Of a stretch of 64,000 nt of DNA, positions 50,945-64,000 are shown piece after piece. The first letter of the stretch is position 1; every line of letters starts with the position of its first letter. The notes under the pieces are model-generated. The model was not told the DNA's origin, did no database searches, and saw only the letters and a list, made by a program, of their open reading frames with translations. Source of the stretch: Macrostomum lignano (lineage: Eukaryota); contig NIVC01000567.1 of NCBI GenBank assembly GCA_002269645.1, forward strand, positions 248,001-312,000, in the 5' to 3' direction. The translations under genes were made by a program, and so were the position numbers.

Positions 50945-51720
50945 CCTGCCTCAAAAAGCGCTACCCAACCCAATGAAGCGCCAATCCAATAAGACGCCGC
51001 CCAATAAAGTGCCAATCCTAAAAGGCGCCACCCTAAGAAGCACCAATTTAAGATGCCAATCTAGAAAGCGCCAACTCAAAAGGGCCCCACTCTAAAAGCG
51101 CCAATTTAAAAGATGTCACTCAATGACGCGCCAATCCAAAAGGCGCCACCCTTAAGCGCCACTCTAAAAGCGCCAATCCAAAAAGGCGCCACCCTCAAAA
51201 GCGCCAATCCTAAAAGGCGCCACCCAATGACGCGCCAATCCTAAAAGGCGCCACCCTAAGAAGCGCCAATCCAAGATGCCAATCTAGAAAGCGCCAACTC
51301 AAAAGGGCGCCACTCTAAAAGTGCCAATTTGAAAGATGTCAATCAATGACGCGCCAATCCAAAAGGCGCCACCCTTAAAAGCGCCACACTAAAAGCGCCA
51401 ATCCAAAAAGGCGCCACCCTCAAAAGCGCCAATCCAAGATGCCAGTCTAAAAAGCGCCAACTCAAACGGGCGCCACTCTAAAAGCGCCAATTTAAAAGAC
51501 GCCACCCAATGACGCGCAAATCCAAAAGGCGCCACTCTAAAACGCCAATCCAAAAAGGCGCCACCCTCAAAAGCGCCAATCCAAGATGCCAGTCTAAAAA
51601 GCGCCAACTCAAACGGGCGCCACTCTAAAAGCGCCAATTTAAAAGACGCCACCCAATGACGCGCAAATCCAAAAGGCGCCACTCTAAAAAGCGCCAATCC
51701 AAAAATGTGCCACCCAATGA
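50945..51720. repeat. Degenerate minisatellite of about 15 bp (AAAAG(G)CGCCA...), inside the CISD2 intron
   Basis: GCGCCA-centred units with longer repeated blocks. Confidence 0.9.
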
Positions 51721-51878
51721 AGCACTGCCCCATTTCCACATCTAAGCATTATTAAACTTAATTGAGCTCCTCAATATTAGCACTAATCAATTGTAATTAG
51801 TTAAACTGTTTTGCACTGAATGAACAGTAGCATTACAATGTGCGCCTACCGCCTCCCCTTTCTACTTGTCATTTGCAG

Positions 51879-52201
51879 TTTCTGAGCTGGCCTCGCTGGC
51901 CCTGTTCACTGGAGCATCCGGTTTCGTTGTGTACTCGGTGTACACCACCTGCCAGTTAAAGCTGGACCAATACCGCAAAGCCAGCAAGCCGAATTCAGTT
52001 GGCAAAGGCACCCTAGTTAATATCAGCTGGCGCAAAGATGTCAGCAAAGTGGCCGACACAATTAGCGCAGACGAGATTGGCGAGAAAGTAGCCATGTGCC
52101 GCTGCTGGCGATCTAAGAAATTTCCATATTGCGACGGATCGCACAATCAGCATAATGCTACCACTGGCGACAATGTTGGACCTCTGCTGGTTAAGAAGTG
52201 A
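51879..52201 (+). CDS. CISD2: CDGSH iron-sulfur domain protein 2, exon 2
   Basis: A TM helix, then CRCWRSKKFPYCDGSHNQHNATTGDNVGPL (the CDGSH 2Fe-2S motif). The spliced protein is 139 aa. Confidence 0.95.
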
Positions 52202-53662
52202 ACTAACTGTTTTGTTACGTAAATTTTAACGAATTTCCCCTTAACTTCAAGTCGATCTTATTTGTTTACTCATTAATTTCTGATGTTACGCAAATAATAG
52301 TCATTTAGTCCCATACTTACTACTGCTGGCTAGAGTATGAACTCGAGTAGCTAAAAAATAATTTTCCGGTAGTTCTTTAAATTTCTTTATTGTTATTGTT
52401 GTAGCTTGATGTTAAATACATGATGCTATAATCTTACCATATTGGATTTATAGTTAGTTTCAGAAAGCTACGCTTGAATCAACTGCGAGTCATTACAATA
52501 TGAGCGGATAGTAAAATTATATTTTCAATTTCAGTCCGTTTTTCTTTGCAATCAAAAATGATGTAAGGTACATGCATGCATTTACGTAGGCTCGAAGTGA
52601 TTGAAACATCTGCTTTCTATATTGTACAAGCTATCAGAGTTTGGTTGCTTACCTAACAAGTACATGTATGCAGCTAATTTACAAGTATGTACATAAAGAT
52701 AGTTTGCAGAATCACCTGTAATACAATTCTCTACTACCTGTAATACGATTCTCATGTACACGTAATATTAGACTTCGTACAATCACTTATAAATGTGCTC
52801 ATGAAGACAGTCTGTAGAAGGACCTGTAATATGTACTCGTACATGTAAATTTAGGCAGTCTGTAGAAGGACTTGTATTATGAACACGTAAATGTAGGCAG
52901 TCTGTAAAATCACCTGTACAGGCAAACGTAGAGTCTGTAGAATCACCTGTAATATTTACAACTTTTTAAATGTAAATTTAGAATCCTGCACCTGCTACAG
53001 CCAGTAGAATCACCTGTCTAAATCACTTTTTAATTAAATTAGAAAAAATATCCAATTAAAATTTCTCGTTAGTAAAGTGCGCAGGTTTTACACAAAGTTC
53101 GATAATATATATTTTTTATAATCTTCCGATTTGTTGATACATGTAATTACATGAGTAAACTGTACAGGTTGTGCTCTAGCCTCTATTGCGGATAATAAAT
53201 TATATCAATATTGTTTTGGCCAGCAAGCAGAAGTTAACGCAGTCAGATTATGATTCATGCAGGGTAATTAGTAATCCTAACATGTAAATCCTATTATAAA
53301 GCACAGGAAATGCTGCCAGTTTTGATTATTGAAGAACAACAGGTGTCCATATTATAGGCAGGGAAGAAAAGCACAACAAAAGCAGCAACAGCACGCGTTG
53401 TACACAGTAACAACAAAAATGACAAATTTGTAATCCCAATAAAAATATAAGGATAAGCTCTATATGGGCTTTTACTCGTTATTATACAATAACACTTGGA
53501 AAAATGAGAAATCGAGTTGCTGCTAACGGAGGAACAGAGTCTACAAGTTACTCGAGCAATTAGAGAGTCCTACTATATCAAGCACTAATAATAACCATAT
53601 CCTTAACTAAAAAATAGAATTTTTTAAGCCACAAAAAAGCTGATAAAAAGATTTCAGTTTGT

Positions 53663-54653
53663 TTAATCGTCAATTTGAATAACATCCATAGGCTGGATTT
53701 GCTGTTGCCTCTGTCTGAGCAATTGCTGCTGCTGTTGTTGATGTGCAGCTAGCAGTTGTTGATGCTGCTGTACAGGAGTCAAGCCACTGATAGTGGTAGT
53801 CAGGATAGGCAAGGATGCGGGTGCAGCAGCCAGAGGTGGCGGAGCTGGAAACTGCTGCTGCGTCATAGTCGGCCTCAAAGCGATCCGATTAGCAGCTGCT
53901 GCGGCGGCTTGTTGCAACAATAATTGCTGGTGCTGCTGTTGTTGGTGCTGCTGCTGCTGCTGCTGCCTGCTAGCCGCTGACAATGCCTCCCGGTAGCGGA
54001 TCTGTAGGAAGGGCAGATTCTTTAAAAAAGCCTCCCCGTGCAGAAGGGCATTTTCGCGGCAAGTCAGATGAAAGCTGAACGCTTCCTCGAATAGCGCAAC
54101 CAGACCCTCGGCAATGCGATAGATCTTATTAGCCGGTACAACGCAACGCAGAACGTTGAGCAGCTGATCATGATTCCAAGCCGGGAATAAAGTGCGCCTG
54201 ACGTGTTCAAGAACAATGTAGTCGCCTTGGAGAGCATTCTCTGGCAGTAGCGGGATGTACGGCCGGATCATGCACAGCGTGATTGGCCGGCCGTTGGTTA
54301 GGTCGCCTTGTACTTTTAGAAACGAACAGGTGCCCAGGTGAGTCTCGCGGATAACCTGTTTCTGTAGGATTGGACCCGACTGGGGAGCTTGCTGCTGTTG
54401 TTGTTGCTGTTGTTGCTGCTGCTGCTGCTGCAGTGGCTGATGCTGCAAGAGTTGATTGACAGTCCTGCGACGTTTAGGATCGCTTGGACCGACAGCAGCC
54501 GCCACCGCCGCTTGCTGCTGCTGCTGCTGTTGAACCTGAGCCGCTGGATGAGCTGCTGACGGTCGAACAGTTGCAGATGTTGGAGACAACAGGCGAGCAT
54601 TGTTTCTCATCTGTTGCTGCTGTTGTTGTTGTTGTTGCAGAAGTTCTTGCTGT

Positions 54654-54685
<32 letters not shown>

Positions 54686-54838
54686 CTGATGATGCTGAAG
54701 TCTCCTACCGTTTGTGTTGTTGGCGGCGGCAGCAGCAGCTGCTGCTGCGGCTGTGGCTGCGGCGACGTTAGGGTTGGCATGGTTCGGCGGCATGATGGGA
54801 GCTGGGGGCCTACCATGAGCGATGGTGGCTGGCGCAGC
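53663..54838 (-). CDS. PolyQ protein with three related globular domains, last exon
   Basis: Acceptor cacccAG at 54840-54839, phase 0. PolyQ/A tracts flank a globular block of about 130 aa (CSFLKVQGD...IRPYIPLL...YIVLEHVRRTLFP). Confidence 0.8.
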
Positions 54839-54945
54839 CTGGGTGACGGAATGGAGGGAGACGATGATGACGATTGATAGGTAGAAATTGTACTTTTTGT
54901 ATTTTACAAGTAAAAATGATTCGCGCCTCTTAATATTCTTATAGC

Positions 54946-57900
54946 AGTTTAAGGGCGATTCTTAGGATGCAGTTTAAGGGCGATTCTTAGGATGCAGTTT
55001 AAGGGCGATTCTTAGGATGCAGTTTAAGGGCGATTCTTAGAATGCAGTTTAAGGGCGATTCTTAGAATGCAGTTTAAGGGCGATTCTTAGGATGCAGTTT
55101 AAGGGCGATTCTTAGGATGCAGTTTAGGGGCGATTCTTAGAATACAGTTTAGGGGCGATTCTTAGGATGCAGTTTAGGGGCGATTCTTAGGATGCAGTTT
55201 AAGGGCGATTCTTAGGATGCAGTTTAGGGGCGATTCTTAGGATGCAGTTTAAGGGCGATTCTTAGGATGCAGTTTAAGGGCGATTCTTAGAATGCAGTTT
55301 AGGGATGATTCTTAGAATGCAGTTTAGGGGCGATTCTTAGGATGCAGTTTAGGGGCGATTCTTAGGATGCAGTTTAGGGGCGATTCTTAGGATGCAGTTT
55401 AATGGCGATTCTTAGGATGCAGTTTAGGGGCGATTCTTAGGATGCAGTTTAGGGGCGATTCTTAGGATGCAGTTTAGGAGCGATTCTTAGGATACAGTTT
55501 AGGGGCGATTCTTAGGATGCAGTTTAAGGGCGATTCTTAGGATGCAGTTTAAGGGCGATTCTTAGGATGCAGTTTAAGGGCGATTCTTAGGATGCAGTTT
55601 AAGGGCGATTCTTAGGATGCAGTTTAAGGGCGATTCTTAGGATGCAGTTTAATGGCGATTCTTAGGATGCAGTTTAAGGGCGATTCTTAGGTCGCAGTTT
55701 AGGAGCGATTCTTAGGATACAGTTTAAGGGCGATTCTTAGGATGTAGTTTAGGGGCGATTCTTGGTGCAGTTTAGGGGCGATTCTTAGAATGCAGTTTAA
55801 GGGATGATTCTTAGAATGCAGTCTAGGGGCGATTCTTAGGATGCAGTTTAAGGGCGATTCTTAGGATGCAGTTTAAGGGCGATTCTTAGGATGCAGTTTA
55901 AGGGCGATTCTTAGGATGCAGTTTAAGGGCGATTCTTAGGTCGCAGTTTAGGGGCGATTCTTAGGATGCAGTTTAAGGGCGATTCTTAGGATGCAGTTTA
56001 AGAGCGATTCTTAGGATGCAGTTTAAGGGCGTTTCTTAGGATGCAGTTTAATGGCGATTCTTAGGATGCAGTTTAAGGGCGATTCTTAGGTCGCAGTTTA
56101 GGGGCGATTCTTAGGATGCAGTTTAAGGGCGATTCTTAGGATGCAGTTTAAGAGCGATTCTTAGGTCGCAGTTTAAGGGCGTTTCTTAGGATGCAGTTTA
56201 ATGGCGATTCTTAGGATGCAGTTTAAGGGCGATTCTTAGGTCGCAGTTTAGGAGCGATTCTTAGGATACAGTTTAAGGGCGATTCTTAGGATGTAGTTTA
56301 GGGGCGATTCTTGGTGCAGTTTAGGGGCGATTCTTAGAATGCAGTTCAAGGGATGATTCTTAGAATGCAGTCTAGGGGCGATTCTTAGGATGCAGTTTAA
56401 GGGCGATTCTTAGGATGCAGTTTAGAGGCGATTCTTAGGATGCAGTTTAAGGGCGATTCTTAGGATGCAGTTTAAGGGCGATTCTTAGAATGCAGTTTAA
56501 GGGATGATTCTTAGAATGCAGTCTAGGGGCGATTCTTAGGATGCAGTTTAAGGGCGATTCTTAGGATACAGTTTAAGGGCGATTCTTAGGATGCAGTTTA
56601 AGAGCGATTCTTAGGTCGCAGTTTAAGGGCGATTCTTAGGATGCAGTTTAAGGGCGATTCTTAGGATGCAGTTTAAGGGCGATTCTTAGGATGCAGTTTA
56701 GGGGCGATTCTTGGTGCAGTTTAGGGGCGATTCTTAGAATGCAGTTTAAGGGATGATTCTTAGAATGCAGTCTAGGGGCGATTCTTAGGATGCAGTTTAA
56801 GGGCGATTCTTAGGATACAGTTTAAGGGCGATTCTTAGGATGCAGTTTAAGAGCGATTCTTAGGATGCAGTTTAAGGCGATTCTTAGGATGCAGTTTAAG
56901 GGCGATTTTTAGAATGCAGTTTAAGGGCGATTCTTAGGATGCAGTTTAAGAGCGATTCTTAGGATGCAGTTTAAGGGCGATTCTTAGGATGCAGTTTAAG
57001 GGCGATTCTTAAGATGCAGTTTAAGGGCGATTCTTAGGATGCAGTTTAAGGGCGATTCTTAGGTCGCAGTTTAGGGGCGATTCTTAGGATGCAGTTTAAG
57101 GGCGATTCTTAGGATGCAGTTTAAGGGCGATTCTTAGGTCGCAGTTTAGGAGCGATTCTTAGGATACAGTTTAAGGGCGATTCTTAGGATGTAGTTTAGG
57201 GGCGATTCTTGGTGCAGTTTAGGGGCGATTCTTAGAATGCAGTTCAAGGGATGATTCTTAGAATGCAGTCTAGGGCGATTCTTAGGATGCAGTTTAAGGG
57301 CGATTCTTAGGATGCAGTTTAAGGGCGATTCTTAGGATGCAGTTTAAGGGCGATTCTTAGGATGCAGTTTAAGGGCGATTCTTAGGTCGCAGTTTAGGGG
57401 CGATTCTTAGGATGCAGTTTAAGGGCGATTCTTAGGATGCAGTTTAAGAGCGATTCTTAGGATGCAGTTTAAGGGCGATTCTTAGGATGCAGTTTAAGGG
57501 CGATTCTTAGAATGCAGTTTAAGGGCGATTCTTAGGATGCAGTTTAAGGGCGATTCTTAGGATGCAGTTTAAGGGCGAGTCTTAGGATGCAGTTTAAGGG
57601 CGATTCTTAGGATGCAGTTTAAGGGCGATTCTTAGGATGCAGTTTAGGGGCGATTCTTGGTGCAGTTTAGGGGCGATTCTTAGAATGCAGTTTAAGGGAT
57701 GATTCTTAGAATGCAGTCTAGGGGCGATTCTTAGGATGCAGTTTAGGGGCGATTCTTAGGATACAGTTTAAGGGCGATTCTTAGGATGCAGTTTAAGAGC
57801 GATTCTTAGGTCGCAGTTTAAGGGCGATTCTTAGGATGCAGTTTAAGGGCGATTCTTAGGATGCAGTTTAAGGGCGATTCTTAGGATGCAGTTTAAGGGT

Positions 57901-60058
57901 GATTCTTAGGATGCAGTTTAAGGGCGATTCTTAGGATGCAGTTTAAGGGCGATTCTTAGGATGCAGTTTAAGGGCGATTCTTAGGTCGCAGTTTAGGGCG
58001 ATTCTTAGGATGCAGTTTAAGGGCGATTCTTAGGATGCAGTTTAAGGGCGATTCTTAGAATGCAGTTTAAGGGCGATTCTTAGGATGCAGTTTAAGGGCG
58101 ATTCTTAGAATGCAGTTTAAGGGCGATTCTTAGGATGCAGTTTAAGAGCGATTCTTAGGATGCAGTTTAAGGGCGATTCTTAGGATGCAGTTTAAGAGCG
58201 ATTCTTAGGATGCAGTTTAAGGGCGATTCTTAGGATGCAGTTTAAGGGCGATTCTTAAGATGCAGTTTAAGGGCGATTCTTAGGATGCAGTTTAAGGGCG
58301 ATTCTTAGGATGCAGTTTAAGGGCGATTCTTAGGATGCAGTTTAAGGGCGATTCTTAGGATGCAGTTTAAGGGCGATTCTTAGGATGCAGTTTAAGGGCG
58401 ATTCTTAGGATGCAGTTTAATGGCGATTCTTAGGATGCAGTTTAAGGGCGATTCCTAGGTCGCAGTTTAGGGGCGATTCTTAGGATGCAGTTTAAGGGCG
58501 ATTCTTAGGATGCAGTTTAAGGGCGATTCTTAGGTCGCAGTTTAGGAGCGATTCTTAGGATACAGTTTAAGGGCGATTCTTAGGATGTAGTTTAGGGCGA
58601 TTCTTGGTGCAGTTTAGGGCGATTCTTAGAATGCAGTTCAAGGGATGATTCTTAGAATGCAGTCTAGGGCGATTCTTAGGATGCAGTTTAAGGGCGATTC
58701 TTAGGATGCAGTTTAAGGGCGATTCTTAGGATGCAGTTTAAGGGCGATTCTTAGGATGCAGTTTAAGGGCGATTCTTAGGTCGCAGTTTAGGGGCGATTC
58801 TTAGGATGCAGTTTAAGGGCGATTCTTAGGATGCAGTTTAAGAGCGATTCTTAGGATGCAGTTTAAGGGCGATTCTTAGGATGCAGTTTAAGGGCGATTC
58901 TTAGAATGCAGTTTAAGGGCGATTCTTAGGATGCAGTTTAAGGGCGATTCTTAGGATGCAGTTTAAGGGCGATTCTTAGGATGCAGTTTAAGGGCGATTC
59001 TTAGGATGCAGTTTAAGGGCGATTCTTAGGATGCAGTTTAGGGCGATTCTTGGTGCAGTTTAGGGCGATTCTTAGAATGCAGTTTAAGGGATGATTCTTA
59101 GAATGCAGTTAGGGCGATTCTTAGGATGCAGTTTAAGGGCGATTCTTAGGATACAGTTTAAGGGCGATTCTTAGGATGCAGTTTAAGAGCGATTCTTAGG
59201 TCGCAGTTTAAGGGCGATTCTTAGGATGCAGTTTAAGGGCGATTCTTAGGATGCAGTTTAAGGGCGATTCTTAGGATGCAGTTTAAGGGTGATTCTTAGG
59301 ATGCAGTTTAAGGGCGATTCTTAGGATGCAGTTTAAGGGCGATTCTTAGGATGCAGTTTAAGGGCGATTCTTAGGTCGCAGTTTAGGGGCGATTCTTAGG
59401 ATGCAGTTTAAGGGCGATTCTTAGGATGCAGTTTAAGGGCGATTCTTAGAATGCAGTTTAAGGGCGATTCTTAGGATGCAGTTTAAGGGCGATTCTTAGA
59501 ATGCAGTTTAAGGGCGATTCTTAGGATGCAGTTTAAGAGCGATTCTTAGGATGCAGTTTAAGGGCGATTCTTAGGATGCAGTTTAAGGGCGATTCTTAGG
59601 ATGCAGTTTAAGGGCGATTCTTAGGATGCAGTTTAAGGGCGATTCTTAGGTCGCAGTTTAGGGGCGATTCTTAGGATGCAGTTTAAGGGCGATTCTTAGG
59701 ATGCAGTTTAAGAGCGATTCTTAGGATGCAGTTTAAGGGCGATTCTTAGGATGCAGTTTAAGGGCGATTCTTAGAATGCAGTTTAAGGGCGATTCTTAGG
59801 ATGCAGTTTAAGAGCGATTCTTAGGATGCAGTTTAAGGGCGATTCTTAGGATACAGTTTAAGGGCGATTCTTAGAATGCAGTTTAAGGGCGATTCTTAGG
59901 ATGCAGTTTAAGGGCGATTCTTAGGATACAGTTTAAGGGCGATTCTTAGAATGCAGTTTAGAGGCGATTCTTAGGATGCAGTTTAGGGGCCATTTTTAGG
60001 ATGCAGTTTAGGAGCGATTCTTAGGATACAGTTTAGGAGCGATTCTTAGAATACAGTT
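54946..60058. repeat. 25 bp satellite (GCAGTTTAAGGGCGATTCTTAGGAT), about 200 units, filling one intron
   Basis: Homogeneous array with recurring variant cassettes. Confidence 0.98.
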
Positions 60059-60125
60059 GAGAGACAATGTACAAAGTAATAAATTAGATACAGCTATATT
60101 ATCAGCAGAGTTAAAAACTCCTCAC

Positions 60126-60276
60126 CGGTACGAACTGCGCCCCGCTCAGCACTGAGATGCCATTGGCCGTAGCAAAGGTGCCACCAGCAGCGGACACCAG
60201 CGGCGCCACGCTGATCATTGTTGGCCGGTTCACCGCCATCACGTTGAAAACGGCCGCCTGCGGCTGTTGCAACTGT

Positions 60277-60309
<33 letters not shown>

Positions 60310-60723
60310 GGCTGTTGTTGCAATTGCTGCTGATTCCGTGTTAATTGACCAGCCAATCGCAGCTCAGTTTGGCCAGGTATGTACTGTATAGTCGCTAACG
60401 GATTAATCGTATTTAATTCGCGGACGTTGCACTCTGTCAATCGTTCAATCATGTCTAGCGACATCATTTTGCTCAACATGCCCATCTGAATGCGCAGATT
60501 TACTCGGGGCGATAACGAATTAAAGAATGCGCATTCTTTCGGGGACGGATAGAATCCGAAGCCATCGGTATTGGGCAGGCCGATGTTCATGCCGCAACTG
60601 TGCAGGTAGGTGTACGGCACAAATTTGATCTCTTTGCGGTAAACGAACGGACACACTATGTTGTTCACCTGGAGGAAACCGCCCTTCATCTGGTTGAGCT
60701 CGTCGAGGCTTATGCCGACGCAC
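60126..60723 (-). CDS. PolyQ protein with three related globular domains, exon 2
   Basis: Acceptor ggctAG and GTGAGG donor; phases 2/0 fit the neighbouring exons. Block GGFLQVNNIVCPFVYRKEIKFVPYTYL. Confidence 0.8.
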
Positions 60724-60894
60724 CTAGCCAATTAGGATCGGTGAAAGCAGTCGTTAAATAAACATTACTTTAATTCGAATAAAACTTTGGGGTATTATGA
60801 AGAAAAAAAACCACTGAATTTTATATGGTTAAACAATTATCAGATTGCTCACTGTAGGGGTGAGATCTATCTGGAAAAGATACTTGTAAGATCT

Positions 60895-61210
60895 AGCAGA
60901 TGATGGGATCTATCATGTGTTGATGGGATCTATCATGTGGAACTAGGATCTATCAATCTATCATGCGGGGATAGTATCTATTATGCGAGGATGGGATTTA
61001 TCATGCGGGATGGGATCAATCATGCGGGGATGAGATCGATCATGCAGAGATGGGATTTATCATGTGAGAATGGGATACATTATAAGAGGATGGGATGTAT
61101 CATGTGGGGATGGGGTCTATTTTGAAAAAGATAGGATCTGACAGGTGGGTATAGGATCTATCATGATCATGTGGGGATGGGATCTATCATGTGAGGAGGG
61201 ATTTACCTTG
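60895..61210. repeat. Degenerate GGGATCTATCATG repeat, intronic
   Basis: Repeated 13-23 bp variants. Confidence 0.8.
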
Positions 61211-61269
61211 TAACGATGGCATCTATTATTAGGATTAGAATAGAATAGTATTCGAATAAAACGGCTCAC

Positions 61270-61916
61270 CTATTAGCGGCAATATCTGCGTAGCACCTTC
61301 GCACAGCGTTATAAAAGTCCATAAACTCTTCAAACTTGACCAGCATATTGTCCCGCTTGGAATAATCGTGCTTGCCATATTCGCTAAGGCAATGAGTCTC
61401 GTTAATCTCATTAACTAGCGTGCCCTCATCCTCGGACATGTAGGAACTGCGCAACGGCGGTCGTTTTTTCAACTCTTCTGGATAATTATTAGGAAAACGC
61501 CATAACAGCTTCAATTCGACCATTCTAACAACAACATAAGCAACTTGTTCGCCGTGCAAGCATCGATAGATTTTTGGAATTGAGGCGCCATCAATTTCGG
61601 CGAATCCAAATTGCACCTGATTAGATATCGGTTTAGTAGCATTGGCTTGGGAGTGCGGATCTCCAGCTGCAGCGTTGAGTTGAGTTGCGGGGGTGGCAGA
61701 GTTGCGATTCGGTGGAGTCGCCGAAGCTGCCGATGTAGCCGGCACTCTTGGCCTTATTGGACGTTGATTGGCGGCGACAGCAGCGGCAGCAGTAGCAGTA
61801 ACGCCATTGACAGTGCTGTTATTCACATTTCCATTGACAATGTTGTTGTTGTTATTATTGTTATTGTTACCGCTGGCAGCTGCCGATTTCTCGCTTTTCA
61901 CTCTGGCTTCGGACAT
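61270..61916 (-). CDS. PolyQ protein with three related globular domains, exon 1
   Basis: ATG at 61916, N/A-rich leader, then FGFAEIDGASIPKIYR...VVVRMVELKLL...LVNEINETHC...LVKFEEFMDFY. GTGAGC donor. The spliced protein is about 806 aa. Confidence 0.82.
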
Positions 61917-62986
61917 CGGGGGTTTCCTTATGGAGCCTGAAAGGTTTTTAAGAAAATTAGTCTTTTTAAGTACAAATCAATCACGGTCAATCGTAGCTGA
62001 TGATATGCTGACTGCCAACTGACTTTAGACCATAGACAATTTACGTGCATTATAGTTAATTAAATAGCTACTCCGTCAATCTGATTGGTTTGTTTAATTT
62101 CTTCGAAAAGTCATTGGTCTAGTTTTTCTTCTTTGCTCACTATAATACGAATATATGTACTTTTAGTTTATTTAGAAGCACGGCGATTATTATTTGCATT
62201 CCCAAGACGTCGTTGCGTCATCAGACTTAATTTTATTTTATTGTCTATCTAAAAGGGACATTTATCAGAATTTCAGTCATCGAGTGGATTCACTACTTGG
62301 TTTGCAGATACTCTTGAGTCACCGATTTTCAATTTGAAATAGATATTAAGACTGCCAGCCAGACAATAGGACAACTATACCGGGTAACTCTAACTCATGT
62401 CTCTTAATCTTTAATCAGACCAGGTACGTTGATTAATTATTTATTTATGTGGTATATATGACCAATTTCATGACTTCTTTGACGCTAGACGTCATGGTTA
62501 TGACTTCTTTGACGCTTTTTGTGCGGAGATTTGATTAGGAAAACTTGATTAGGAAACTCCAATTCAAAAAATATGTAATCACATTAGACTTGCTGTTTTC
62601 AATCGTGAACTTCTGCAAATGGCTTTCAGCTTTCATTTTCTATTTTGATTGATTCTGGCCTTGATATTCAACTAAAATCATACGTATGGCATGCTGTCCA
62701 GTAGCTAAGCAAGTTTTTTTAGTGTATCGCCATCTGCGCATGGACTTTTAGGCTCACAACGTTTTAAACGTGCTGATTACCTTTCGTGGCTTCATAGAAA
62801 TACCAGTTTATATATACTTTGATAACTTATCGGAGCATTAATTAAGGAATTTTTGTAGCGTACTATCAATTTTATTATCTGAATTCGGTCGAGATTTAAT
62901 TGTAAAAATGCATCGAACGTCGGAAGACTTAATCTTCGTGCGCCTTCTTGGTCTTGTCATTATGGACACTGAAAAATGGGGTCTAC

Positions 62987-63270
62987 GACGTTTGCCTGCG
63001 GGACGTTTGCCAGCCGACGTTTGCCTGCGGGACGTTTGCCAGCCGACATTTGCCAGCCGACGTTTGCCAGCCGACGTTTGCCAGCAGGACGTTTGCCAGC
63101 CGAAGTTTGCCTGCCGGACGTTTGCCTGCGGGACGTTTGCCAGCCGACGTTTGCCAGCCGACGTTTGCCAGCCGACATTTGCCAGCCGACATTTGCCAGC
63201 CGACGTTTGCCTGCCGGACGTTTGCCAGCCGACGTTTGCCTGCCGGAAGTTTGCCAGCCAAAATTTGCTA
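62987..63270. repeat. 14 bp minisatellite (ACGTTTGCCAGCCG / ACGTTTGCCTGCGG)
   Basis: About 20 tandem units. Confidence 0.93.
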
Positions 63271-64000
63271 GCCAATATAAAGCCAGTCAGTGAAAAATTT
63301 GATACTGAAACATTCGCAGTTTAGCGGTTTGACAAAAACCGTTTTTACTCCAACTTTTTGACGGTTATTCGCATATATACAAGTTTGAAAGCAAAATCTA
63401 TAAATTATGAAATTTATGCAAAATCTATATAAATTATGCAATTTATATAGATTTACATCTAATATCCAGTTTAACAACGATTTTCTTTGAATGTGAAAAT
63501 ATTGTTTACTTTTGACAATTGTGTATCGTTTTTCCCAGTTTGAGATGTTTGATTTTTGATGTGCGAAAGAAGACGCGCAGATTACAACGGGAATCTCCAG
63601 CGATTAAGTTATGAGGCAAACAAATAGAGCTGCTGAGCGGTAATTCTGGCTCATATATTTCTCAGTTCATTGGGAGATCTAAAAGTAAGCAAATTGATTC
63701 CAATGCTGTTGTATTACTACTCAAGTAAGCAAGGAAACCGCGATCTCAACGTACATGTGTAGACGAGTCGAATGCGGTACGTTTTTATAGTAAGCTATAT
63801 AGCTGAATAGCCAGACAAGCCGCCAGTAGCAAGCTAGTAGAATAGCAAGCGCTAGACACTACGTATGCAAAGCTTAGTCATGCCAAGGACTACTAAAGTA
63901 GAAGTACGCAGCACTCGAAATCTATGAAAAATGTTTTGAAGGCCATAGGGAGATAGGAAGTTTTCATATTTTCAGCACAAAAATTGTTATTGCTTTCATA

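Noticed and set aside
53793-54877. Antisense and off-frame ORFs over the polyQ exon; similar ones at 29018-29565 and 41319-42144
   Set aside because: They are shadows of CAG-rich coding exons.
54946-60058. Regular 20-28 bp repeats that look superficially like CRISPR arrays
   Set aside because: The units are head-to-tail with no unique spacers, there are no cas genes, and the context is eukaryotic.

Overview
Eukaryotic (animal) genomic DNA with GT-AG introns. The polyQ-rich proteins, TTAGGG tracts and very dense 12-28 bp minisatellites suggest a Macrostomum-like flatworm (inference only). There are no prokaryotic features and no CRISPR arrays. I could rebuild phase-consistent spliced models for these genes: DCAF1/VprBP (5' part, - strand, runs off the left edge); a divergent Lunapark-like gene (-); an orphan gene (+) split by a mariner insertion; CCDC181-like (+); a RING-B-box-B-box-coiled-coil TRIM (+); an AIP3/Bud6-domain SRCIN1/KIAA1217-family gene (+); CISD2 (+); and a polyQ protein with three related globular domains (-). 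A frameshifted PAN + ALK/LTK-type glycine-rich gene (-) does not give a phase-consistent model. Mobile DNA comprises a 1.7 kb non-autonomous LTR element, an internally deleted mariner, a decayed RTE-like LINE, a 5'-truncated CCHC-bearing LINE with a 13 bp TSD, Helitron-like fragments and a foldback pair. A large part of the window is micro/minisatellite, and most long ORFs in the supplied track are artefacts of it. The most notable find is a minimal type I hammerhead ribozyme fold with a U3-A8 core variant at 16476-16517 (-). All homology calls come from recalled family motifs, not from database searches.
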